From: Raillietiella orientalis
Lineage: Eukaryota
Direction of reading: 5' to 3'
Assembly: GCA_036172245.1 (NCBI GenBank)
Contig: JAYWIR010000013.1
Span: 1,798,001 to 1,862,000 of the forward strand
Length of the DNA stretch: 64,000 nt
Shown: in pieces, positions 10,393 through 20,649 of the stretch
Position numbering within the stretch: the first letter of the stretch is position 1
Layout of the letters: each line of letters opens with the position of its first letter
Notes under the pieces: model-generated
Databases searched by the model: none
Seen by the model: only the letters and a program-made list of their open reading frames with translations
What the model was told of the DNA's origin: nothing
Translations under genes and position numbers: made by a program

Positions 10393-12896
10393 GTGAGCAG
10401 CCCCGACCCCCTGACCCCATCGCAGGTTTTCCCTCCTCCCCCTCCTCGGCTTTCCGGTCGATCCTTCCTTCCACGTATTTGCTTGCGTGTTTGTTTGTTT
10501 GTTGTTTTCCTGGACGCTTCAGGAACCCCAGCGGTAAGCCCGGTTGTTGTTGATGTTGCTGTGATGGAGGTGGTGGCTGCGCTCTCGAGGCGTTCTCCCT
10601 TTCACCCGCATCCTGAGTGGTGGTGGTGGTCCCAGTCTTCTAAGGAGGAGGGATGGAGGGGAAGGGTCAGCAGGGACGCTCCAGTAGCGGACCCTCCGCC
10701 CAGCAGTCTCCTTCCCAAGAAGATCCCTGTAGAGAGGGCTGGAAGTTCCGCGCGGGCGATCGACGGGGTGGCAGGTGGGCGTGAGAGGCACCCGGACCGC
10801 CGCGTCGCGTCGCGGAGTGCGTGGAAGAGCCATCAGAGCTCAGGAGAGGGTGAGCAGCGCGTACCCCAGGCCGACAGACGGTCCCGGAGGCCGTGGGTTG
10901 CCCTGCCACCTCCGAGCCCAAAAGAGCGAGACGGGCGGGCTATCCGTCGCCCCGTGCGTGTCTCACGCGCTCCCATCCGGAGCGCGAGAGCGCCTCGCGT
11001 CTCCTCTCGGCCTCCCCCGTAATTGGCGCCGCGTGATGATTCTTGCCTCTGCCTCTCCGCAGAGAGCTGGCAGCCCTCCATGTCTTTGATTGCGATCCCT
11101 GACCTCCTCCAGGTGCAGGCTCCTCTCTCTGGGAAGTGGGGGGCGAAAGGAGGCTGCGGCCGTGGCACGCGCGCCAGCGCTTTGCCGCCGGAGCCACCCG
11201 CTGGTGCGCGCATTACTCCCTCCCTTCCTCGGCCGGCGAGGCGCCGCTCCGCGGCGGGCGCGCAACGCCCGGAGCTTCCCTTGTTTTTCTGTTCTCCCGC
11301 TGGGGCCCTCCTCTCTTCCGTTCCGGGGAGCCCCAAGCGCCTTCGCGTGTGAGGTGCCCTCTCGGACGGCGGGGAAGGGGGAGCTCTCCCCCTTCCAGCA
11401 CTCTCCGGGTTCTCGGAGGCGCCGCACGGAGCGCTTGTGACGGTTTCGCCGCGACGTTTCTCAGGGGCGACGGTGCAGCCGTTGGTCCCTAGAGGGGTCT
11501 CCGGGCGCTGCTTAAGGCGCGATCCTTGTTTAAGACCCAGGCCATCGCGCAGCGCGTGTCCATCCATTCGTCCCCACCCACCCCACCAGGATGAGGTACA
11601 CCTTGGGTGTCCGTGCGGAACGGTCCACGGAAGAGGATGCGAGCGGACTGCAACGCCCGGAGTCTTCTCAGCTCCCATCGGTCACGTACGGGCGTTTGCG
11701 ACCCCATAAAACCTATCAGAGCGCGAAATGGGGCTCGCGGCAGCCACGGAAACAGCCTCTTCCTCTCTCCTAGGCGACCGGGACCCCATGTCCCCGTTCC
11801 CGTGAACTCGGACGACCGGTTCTTTGCGTCCTTTTCTGTAAGCGGCTCCGGAACGCCCGCTGCGGCCACTCGGCTCTTCCCCACCAACGAAACCCCTCCT
11901 ACAGGGGAGTCTGCATGTGCAACCCCTCACCAAGCAGGGGTGGGAGGAGGGGGGCGTAGAGACGAAGGCACTCCGACGAGGCCTGCACGACGCAGCCTGG
12001 GGAGATCGTCGGGACCGCGTTGGCGTCCGCAGAGATGCCGGCGGACGATGGCCGCATTCTGCCTGCCTGGGGGCCGAGACCTCAAGTCACGTCTCTGCGG
12101 GAGAAAAGCTCCTTCGTTCCTTCTTTCCGGGAACGCCGCGGATGCGCTTCTAGCGACTGGCGATTCGCTCCCAGAGACAGCCAAGGGAACACGGAGTTCT
12201 AGAGCTACCGGTTTAGCTGGGAAGTGGCGAAGAGGGGAAGGCAGCAGAGCCGGGTTGTCCTTCGCGACGGATGTCAAGAGCGCTCATGGAGGCGGCGGCA
12301 GAGATCTCGGAGGAGGGAAAAAGCGGAGCGCATGTCTCAACGAACGCGACTTCCGCCGTCCACTCGGCTCCGCGTGCAGAAGGTTTCTTCGTCCCCCTCC
12401 TTCCTTCCCCCTTCCCCGCCTTCCTGCTCTGGCCGAGAGGCGGTATACTGGCTGGCCGCATTCGGTCGGAACCGTCCGACGAAAGCGATGCGCGCGAATG
12501 AGGCTAGCAGGAGTGGACTCGGTCCTTCTCTTCTTCCCTTCCCTCTTGTTCCCGGGGGCGAGAGGGGTCCGCCCTGCTCCTTCGAGTGCTTCATCTTGCC
12601 CTCTCTCCTGGAAAGCTGGGCGAGGTTCCTCACCCCTCGTCGGTGGGGTCTGTAGGGGCAGAGCAGACGTCTGTTCGTCCGTCCGACTCTCGCCCCCATG
12701 GACGATCACGCCCAGGGGGTTGCGCGCGTGCGCGCGCGACCTCTCGAGACGGCCGGCTGTCGCATCGAGGGAGCCGCTGCCGCGCGCCAGTGCTGCGGCG
12801 GCAGGTACCTCGGAAGGCCGACGTCGATGGTTTCCCGTATTGACTGACCTCCCCCTCCCTTCTTCTGGGATTCCAGAAGCGGCAGCGGCGCCGAAG

Positions 12897-12992
12897 ATGA
12901 CGCACTACCGTAAGCAGTTCTTCCGGTGGCGCTTCCCGCGCGGCAGCAGCACCAGCGTCACGAGGTGGTTGGCTCTTCACCTCCTCCTCTGC
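12897..12992 (+). CDS. m: miniature-like coding exon 1 (start codon and signal peptide)
   Basis: ATG at 12897, preceded by an acceptor (branch-like TGACTGAC, pyrimidine tract, TTCCAG ending 12876). Encodes MTHYRKQFFRWRFPRGSSTSVTRWLALHLLLC. Donor GC|GTGAGT at 12993, phase 0. Confidence 0.75.
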
Positions 12993-15900
12993 GTGAGTAG
13001 CCCGTTTCCCTCACCTCCCGTTCGCCCCGTCGCTAGGCAACGCAAACATATCGCAGGTGGCCGCGGCGGACATAAACGAGAACACCCTAGAGTTCGACAG
13101 GCCCGACACGCCCAACATCAAGGAGCTGAAGGTCATGTGCGGGAAGGACCACATGTCCGTGAAGCTGGAGTTCGATAAGCCCTTCAACGGCGTCGTCTTC
13201 AGCCAAGACACGCTGAAGAGCAGGAAGTGCACGCACGTGGAACCCTACTCCCAGCGCTTGACCCACCACTTCAAGGTGTACTACAACCAGTGCGCCACCA
13301 AGCCCGATCTCAACGGCAAGTACTACGAAAACACCATCGTCGTCCAGTACGACCCGGAGCTGCTGGAGGTCTGGGACGAGGCCAAGCGGTTGCGCTGCCA
13401 GTGGTTCAACGCCTACGAAAAGACGGCGACCAAGCCGCCCATGCTCATCGCTGACCTTGACGTCATCGAGATGGAGTTCATAGGTACGCCCCTCTTCCTC
13501 CCTCCCTCCCCCCCTTTTGGCGCGCGGCGCCTCGCGGAGGGTCGGTCGGTCCGTCTCTAAGAGGCACCTGCGCCTTCTCCTTTCAGGGGACAACGTCGAG
13601 TGCTGGATGGAGATCCAGGACGGCAAAGGACCGTGGGCGCCCCCCCTTTCCAAGATCGCCGCTCTCGGCTCGACCCTAAGCCTGGTCATTGGCATCAACG
13701 ACGGAACAGGTACGCTGAAAAGGGTGGGATGAAGGGGATTTATGGTTCCTTCCTGGAGTTCCTTTTCTGTTTTTTTCCTTCCGATGGAGACGGAAGCTCA
13801 CCCGCGGCAAAGAAACACGCGAGCTGCCTGGTTGCTGCTTTCCCCTCGCATTCTACTGTCCATGGGGTCCGCAGCAGCAGCAGAGGCGGGGTGGTCGAGC
13901 GGACGAGTTCGCGCTGGTCCTTCGGCGTCCGCGGGCGCTCCTCCTGTGCCTCCAGCATTCACCCCCGAGGGAGAGCGGTGGCCACCTGCCCGCGGCTGCG
14001 GGCGGGTGGCAGCTTCACCGGATTGTCGCTGCCACTCGGAGCGCTGCCGCCACATCGCGTCAGGGATTTCTCCCGGGTGGGGGGAGTTGGAGCCAGCCGG
14101 CAGCGGAGAGAAGTGATGCTGGGGTCATCGCCGCCACCGTTCACCTCCCTCTCCCCGGGGAGCGCTCCTCTGGGGAGCGACGCGCGACACCTGGGCCCCG
14201 GAGCCTCACTCGGGCGAAGCGCCCGGCGGTGATGTTCGTGCGCGCACTCCCCCTCAAGTGGGGAAGGGGGAGGGAGGATTCTGGGACAAGCGCTGGAGGG
14301 CGAGGGCAGCACACCCACGGCTTCCCTTCCTTGTTGCATTTCTTTTTCTTTTTTTTCTTTCTTTTTATCGCCCCAGCACGCCTTTCGTCACGTCTTCGAA
14401 CGCCGCCGGGCTCACCTCTGGGAACGTCCGGCCGCCGTCCAGGCCGCATCCTCCCTTCCCCCCTCCTCGGTGATCGATCCGCCTCGCGCCTGCGGATGGC
14501 GGGAAAGCGGCCAGGCGGATGCCACACGCCTGCGTTTGTGGGACGGATTCGGTCGGAACCGCTGACCTCAGCTTCCGAACTGCCCTCGGTCCACCCCCCG
14601 ATCTCTGAGCTCACGGCCGCCGCCGGTGGAGGCGCAGCAGTCGGGCCAGGGGAAGCGGGAGCCGGGTGCCGCCACCTCAGACTCGCGCGAGGCGGGAGCC
14701 ACTGCGGGAAACGCCTGCAGCATCTCGGAAATCCGGGGGGAGAAGAGGACGTGCCTCCACTTCGGGAACAGGGCAGGAAGTGGAAGTTCGCTGGGACTCT
14801 CCCCCTTTTTCTCTTCCCCTAATTGGGGCTTGGTCCGAAGGGGGCCAACCTGGTGCGATCCCGTGTTTCGCGGAAGCCCTCCGGCTACCCTCGGAGGGTG
14901 GCGCTTCCTTAGCGCGCCGCACCGAAGTCGCCCACCCCCTTCCTCTCCCCGACCTCTCTCCCTGGTGGAGGCGAGGGGCTCGTCTCGGAAGCTTCGGCCT
15001 CCTCTCCCGATTCTTCGGACTGGCGCAGCGGCGGCGCTGCTCGCGCTCACACCCACGCCGCATGCCGAGCTATGGAGGTCAACTCCGAGAGGCGCTTGCA
15101 TGCCTCTTCGGAGGTCAATCTTCCATCCTCCCCCCTTTCTCTCTCGCTGCGCGGTTGCAGTCTCTAAGGCAGTCGTCAGCCTTACGCGCCTCTCCCAAGC
15201 GCCGGTGAAGCTCGAGGGAGGTCGAGCGAGAGGGGCCGGGAATCGCGGAGGAGGAATAGAGGGAGGGGCTGCAACCGCCCCTCCTTCTTGCAGGCCCTTC
15301 TACCCGTCTTCAGCTGCCGCGCTCTGGGCATCCCCTGCCATCCGGGTCAAGGTCCGCGCGCGAGCCGTTGGTGCCGCCTCTCACGCGGGCACGCCCGAGC
15401 GGACTGCCCCTGCGGGGGCGGCATTTCCGCGGGAGGCTCGCCTCCAGGCCGTCCTGCCTCCCGTACCGCCCTCGGGGTCCGCGGGTTCTGGCTCGCAGAG
15501 AGGGAGAGCGCGTTCGGGCAGGCGGCGCCACCGTCGATGCGGCAGGCCAGAGAGAAGCGCTCTTCGCCCTTCGCTTTCCACGGTCAGCCGATGCCCGTCC
15601 GCGTGAGGTGCGGACGGGAAGTAAGCCCCGAAGACGTTCAGATTGAAATTCCGTCCTCGGACCGCCCAGGCAGGGGACGCCGTCTGGGAGCCAATGAAGC
15701 ATCCGCGGGGTTCCGCGGCTCGTGCGTCGCCAGGCGACGCGGAAGTCCTCTCGCTCACCTTCGGACAGAGAGGAGTCCGCAAGGCGTGCGGCTTCCCGCC
15801 GAGAGTGCTTTCTGGAGGCGTCCCCGCCGCCCTACGAGACGGAAGCTGGGGGTGGGTTGTTGTGATGTAGGGGCACTGGAGGGAAGAGGAACACGGTCGC

Positions 15901-17318
15901 TCTGCCCTCACACCGCCGCCTTCCTTGCAGGCGACTTCGACATGCGCGTTAAGTCGTGCGTGGCGTCCAACGGGGCGGACTTCAGCATCCAGATCTCGGA
16001 CGAGTATGGCTGCGTCCTGAGAAGGAAGATGTTCAGCAACTTCATGAAGATCCGCAGCAACGATGCCTCGTCCACGCTGGTGTCCTACGCCCACTTCCTC
16101 GCCTTCAAGTTCCCGGACGCCATCTCCGTGCACATCAGCTGCCAGGTCGAGATATGCCGCAAGGGCTGCCCAGCCCACTGCCAGAGGGTGCCCGCCGGTC
16201 ATCCGGGCACGCGTGTAAGCGCCGCTACGGGCGACCGAGAGCTCCTCCCCCGCGGCAAGGGAGGTCAGCAGCAGCAGCATGCGGCGGTCTCTGTTGGGGG
16301 TCAGCCGGAGAGGGCTGGCAACACAGCGGCCCTGCAGGGCAACGACTTGCGGCCCGAAGAGGAAGATGGCTCGTTCAAGTCCAACGCGGTTCGGTCCGTG
16401 ACTTCCAACGCGTCCTTCGCAGTCGGAGGAGGAAATGCACTGCCGTCGCCCTCGTCCCTCCATCACCACATCGTCCCCAGCCAGCAGCAGCAGCAACAAC
16501 GGGTCCCCACGTACGTCCACCAGCAGCAGCAGCAGCAGCAGGGCCACCAACTCGGCGGCGGCCAGCTCTATGTAGGCGAGCAGCCTCCTCCCGGGCATCT
16601 AGGAGCGCCCGGGGAACCCCACCACCACCACGAGCAGCAGCAGCTCCAGGCCTCCGCTAGCCACCAGAGCCCCACCCGTCAGGGTGCCCCCCCGCCTCAC
16701 GGAGGGGACCTCTCGGAGCAGGGCAGCTGCCAGAAGAATTCCCCAGGCCCAGTGTGGACCAACGAGGACGCGTCCCGCCGCGTGGACAGCTTGCCCCGGC
16801 CCGAGCAGCTCGTGATGGGGGCTCCCGAAGACGAGGACGTGGCCGGTCCCTCCTCAGCCGCCGGCCACGGCGAGGAGGGAGGCGACGAGCCCACACAGGG
16901 CAAGCGCGTCTTCCCCTGGGGACCGAGGAGCCTGAGACGGCGGAAGCGGTTCGCCATGGCTACCGGGTCGAACCGCAGCGTCAGCATGGAGATCACCTTC
17001 GACGTCATCTCGCAGTCCGACCTGGACATCCGCGCGGACGGGCGCTCGGCGGCCGCCGCCTCTGGAGACCTGCGCGGGTGGCAGGCCTCGGCAGCGACCG
17101 CCGCCTCCCGCGAGCGCGTCTGCATGCCCACCGCGGCGGTGGTCACTGCCTTCCTGCTCACCGCCGCGTTCGTCCTCTTCCTCGTCTCTGTGATCGCCTA
17201 CGCCTACCACAAGCAGCTCCTGAAGAGAGATGCCGTGGCGCCGCCGCCTGGCATCCATGCGAAGGCGGGGAAGGTCAGGTGGGTCGAGTGGCTCCATGGC
17301 GGCGCACAATGGCGGTAG
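12897..17318 (+). CDS. m: ZP-domain transmembrane protein, miniature-like (dusky/miniature family); spliced CDS join(12897..12992,13057..13483,13587..13709,15931..17318), 677 aa
   Basis: Four exons join in frame through canonical GT-AG introns (phases 0,1,1; 96+427+123+1388 = 2034 nt). The protein has a signal peptide (RWLALHLLLCVAAA/DINE) and a ZP domain with conserved Cys. The segment WFNAYEKTATKPPMLIADLDVIEMEFIGDNVECWMEIQDGKGPWAPP...FDMRVKSCVAS...AFKFPDAISVHISCQVEICRKGC matches my recollection of Miniature better than Dusky. A furin site RRRKR (16935-16949), a TM helix (~17133-17207) and a short cytoplasmic tail follow. Confidence 0.9.
13057..13483 (+). CDS. m: miniature-like coding exon 2 (ZP-N)
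   Basis: Acceptor CGCAG|GTG. Encodes VAAADINENTLEFDRPDTPNIKELKVMCGKDHMSVKLEFDKPFNGVVFS...YYENTIVVQYDPELLEVWDEAKRLRCQW. Strong GC3 codon bias. Donor AG|GTACGC at 13484. Confidence 0.93.
13587..13709 (+). CDS. m: miniature-like coding exon 3 (start of ZP-C)
   Basis: Acceptor CTCCTTTCAG|GG. Encodes GDNVECWMEIQDGKGPWAPPLSKIAALGSTLSLVIGINDGT. Donor CAG|GTACGC at 13710. Confidence 0.93.
15931..17318 (+). CDS. m: miniature-like coding exon 4 (ZP-C, Q/H/G-rich spacer, furin site, TM, tail)
   Basis: Acceptor CTTCCTTGCAG|GC. Encodes DFDMRVKSCVASNG...DEYGCVLRRKM...YAHFLAFKFPDAISVHISCQVEIC. Open to TAG at 17316-17318. An unrecognised in-frame intron within the spacer cannot be excluded. Confidence 0.88.
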
Positions 17319-19029
17319 GGAGGGGCCGGACCCGTCGTCGTACGGGACTCCTGTCACCTGCCTCGTCTGCGCCTGGATCCTGGGGGCTGATGCTGCCCCG
17401 ACCTCGACGCGAGGAAATGCCCTTTCCCCCTCCCCTCCTCCTCCCCTTCCTCTTCCTCCTCTTCGGGCGGGCGAGCGGCGAGGAGCCCTGCTGCTACTGC
17501 TGCCGCCTTCCGTTGCACCCGCTCGCCACGCATGCGTGGTTGAGGAGGGAGTAGACCGTTGCACGCCTCCCCCTCACCCCCCATCTCCCTGAGGAAAATG
17601 GGGAGGAAGTAGTGGAAGAAGAAGAAAGAGGAAGATGCAAAAAAAGTTGTCCTCCACTAACACCTCCTCACTCCCACACCCACCTAGCCACTCCCCCACC
17701 CCCCGAAAAAAAGAAGAGAGGGAGATGCTGGGCTTGTTTGCTTTTTCTTCCGGCACATCCGGTGAGGTCAGAGGGTGACCGGTCAGGGGTCAGAAGAAGG
17801 GGAGAGAAGGCGGGAAGGGGAAGGGGGAACCGGCGCTCTTGCGGTCGCCCTCCCTCCTTGCGACTTTCCCCACGGGAGTGCCCGGACTCGTTGCCATGGC
17901 CAACGCGGTCGGCCGTCGTCTCCCTGGGCGCCGCGCACACACCTCTTTCTTGCAGGGGCTGGCGGGAATTCCATGCGGCTATCGGGTCGTCACGCGCTTT
18001 CCAGAGGACTCTTCCACTTCCCTGCGCCCCGCAGCAGGAATGTGGGGAGAGGAAGAAGGGTGTCTTCCTGTTTCCCTCGTTAGAGAAAGGGCAAGGCATC
18101 CCGGCTCCTCCTCTTCCTGCCGTCTTGCATCTCCCTTCTCCCCGACCGCTTGTAGGGGGGAAAACCAACTGTTCAACGATCCACTGCCCAGAAGAGCGCC
18201 CTACCAGACGTCTCGGGGCACCCTGCTGACGCAAGAGGGCTTTCTCCCGGAAACGAGGCAGGAGAGAGTAGAGGTTCTCAGGCAGTGCCCCGGTGCAACG
18301 CGATCTCTCCTCCCCTCCCGCCTTCTCGGTTCCAGGGAGGTCCGAATGGCCTTCCGATGGGATCAGACGTCACGCCAACTTGAAGGACAGGAGAGGTGGC
18401 TACTCCCCTCTGGAACAAGAGAGCGCAGATGACGTCACCGCGGGAGCCCCAAGGCAGCGGGGAGTGCTCTGGTGGCATCGCCGAGCGGAGAGGCCCCCTG
18501 CTTTTCGGTCGACCTTTTTCTGAAGGGTCCAGAATGCCGCTCGCCACCCCGTCCCGGAAAGAGATGCCGACTTTTCCCGGGAGGAGCTGAGTCCGCTCCC
18601 TACCAAGAAGGCGGTGGGGCGGAGGAGGAGGGGTGCTCACCCCGCGGCCGCCGCTCCTCCGTCTCGCTCCCCTTTCCTCCCCTATTGCAGCCTCTTTCAC
18701 CTCCCTTGTAGGAGGCCCGGGAAGGCTGAACGCGCAGCGCGCCCCTTTCTTCACCTGCCCCGGGTGCAGCGCGCGAGCCCAAGGACGCGGGAGGGGGAGT
18801 AAGGAGAGGGTGCGCGCGCGACTCTCCCTTACTTTCCAACTTCCTTTGGAGGCCGAAGGGAGAGCACGGCCTGTTCCGCAGCAGCGGGGCCGGCTCCGGA
18901 CCAGCCTCCGGACCATCTTTTCCGACTTCCTCCGGACCAGCCTGCGCTTTGAAGAATTGCTTGCTGCTTTCTTCCTCGTTCCCCCCCCCCCCCCCCCCCC
19001 GGGAAGGGTGGACTCGGGAGAAAGAAGGG

Positions 19030-19750
19030 AGCAACTGGAGGCGACCACGGAGTTTCCAGCTTCCTTTCATACCGGAGCTCGAAAGAAGGGACACTTCTTT
19101 GGCAGAGAGGGAGGAAGCCTTCCACCATCACCACACCATCAGCATAATCTTTGCCTCCACTACCATCAGCATCATTGCCCCCATCACCACCGCCACCATC
19201 GTCATCTGTGCTTGTCAAAAGGCGTCCGCATTGCCGCATCGCCCTCAGCGAGTCTTCCGGCAGCTACGCATCCACGAACTCGCCGGTGGGGGTTGCCAGC
19301 AAGGCGGCGATCTCGGCATCTCTCTGAAGAACCGCACGCCATGTGGTTCAGGGACCGCCTCGAGGTGGCCTGAGGCTGCCGTCCAATCCCAGGAGACGGC
19401 CCGGAACTTAGAGCAGCTTCGAAGAAAGGAGAGATGCCCCCTTCTCTACCACCACCACCATCACCATCACTGCCTCTGCCACCACTGCCTCCACACCGCC
19501 ACCCTCAGCATCCCAACCGCGCGCTCGCCTTCCCGCCTCGTCAGGAGGGGAGCCATCGGGTCGCATCCGGAGCGCTCGTCCGCCTGGCTCCGGCGAGGCC
19601 TGGCTCCGCTGCGCCACTTTGCGGCACGCGAGAAGGGCATGACCGCCGCCATCCCAGGGCAATCTCCCGCGGTCGACCTCGCCCTCGTGCGAGAGGTTGC
19701 AGACCGGAAAGTGAAAGGAGACGTCCCAGGGAGAGCGCGGACCGACTAGG
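19030..19750 (-). mobile_element. Tx1-like ORF2 fragment with two (CAY)n-rich blocks; paralogous to 62950-63400
   Basis: 19250-19440 aligns by eye to 62960-63115 (e.g. GTCTTCCGGCAGCTACGCATCCACGAACTCGCCGGT vs GTCTTTCGGCAGCTCTGCACCCACGGACTCGCCGGT). CAC/CAT tracts at ~19122-19205 and ~19448-19510. Confidence 0.55.
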
Positions 19751-20649
19751 TCGCCTGAGCCACCCCACTTCCACCTCTCCTGACTAACGCAGACTCTCGA
19801 CGATCCTGACCTCCGCCGCCGTAAGGTCAAACCACGTCCTCTTACACCCTTCATGCCACCCCTTTTTCTTATTTATTTTGAATAAACGGGCGAATGCGTT
19901 GGCAGGGAAGGCGCGAAGCTCCAGATTTCCAGGACGCGAGAGTCGTCTGGAGAAGGATCCTACTCACCGCTGTTCATTGCCCGCGGCCTGGTAGGACACC
20001 TCCTTTCTCCTCCCGAAGGGCACCAACAGAACGCTCATTAGGGGAGGGAGGAGTTCGAATGCGTCCCTGGGGAGATGCCGAGCGATTTCCCGTTCGCGTG
20101 CGGGGTGGAGGGGCGACGAGTTGTCCCGGTAGCCGAAGGCGCTCACCGGGAAGAGGCCGTCGGGAGAGCTTCAAGCACGCAGGTGGGAGAGAGTCCGGTG
20201 GCCAAATGCACCTGGAACGGAAGGGTAAGGGGCAGCCGCCGCCGCCGCCGTAGGGCCCTGCGGCGCATGGAGAGCTTCCGGGTCAGCGGTACTGCGGTCT
20301 ACGAGCGGAGAGACAGCCGGAGGCTACCTGAGGCGGTCTCTTCCTCTCTTCCTGCTGCCGCGCACCTCGCCCACCCACCTGGCTCCGGCAGCGGGAGAGG
20401 TGGCGCTGCGCGAAGGGTTGCGCGATGTCTCGGGACCCGCCGCCTCCTCGCGGACCGATGGCTGCTTCTCCGAGCTGCCCCCGGCGGTCAGGCGGAAGTT
20501 CCGCGGCGCCTCCCGGACCTCGGGTCGGCGGCCCGCCGCGCCCCCTTGACAACCGAGGGCGGCGAGGACTGCACGTATGCGGAGCCGCCTCACATTTCCA
20601 GCGCGCGCCGGCGGAGTCGACGGCCGAGGAGCTGCGCATGAGTTCTCCG

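Noticed and set aside
9790..11022. 410-aa ORF as a possible coding first exon
   Set aside because: Low-complexity. Splicing 10392 to 12877, with or without the 11-nt microexon, is out of frame with the ZP CDS.
13037..13056. Alternative acceptor CGCTAG at 13036
   Set aside because: It would add 20 nt, shift the frame and leave a 44-nt intron.
11607..13178. 523-aa ORF overlapping the start of the ZP gene
   Set aside because: Only 12897-12992 is plausibly coding. The rest is Arg/Ala/Pro-rich read-through of GC-rich intron and runs out of frame with exon 2.
15288..15930. N-terminal part of the 676-aa ORF 15288-17318
   Set aside because: It lies upstream of a clear acceptor at 15930, and ZP homology resumes exactly at 15931. 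Intronic.
15381..16598. 405-aa antisense ORF (also 13087-13698)
   Set aside because: Shadow ORFs caused by the GC3-rich codon usage of the sense exons.
19881..19886. AATAAA as the poly(A) signal of the ZP gene
   Set aside because: It is 2.5 kb past the stop and beyond a repeat. Possible, but unsupported without transcript data.
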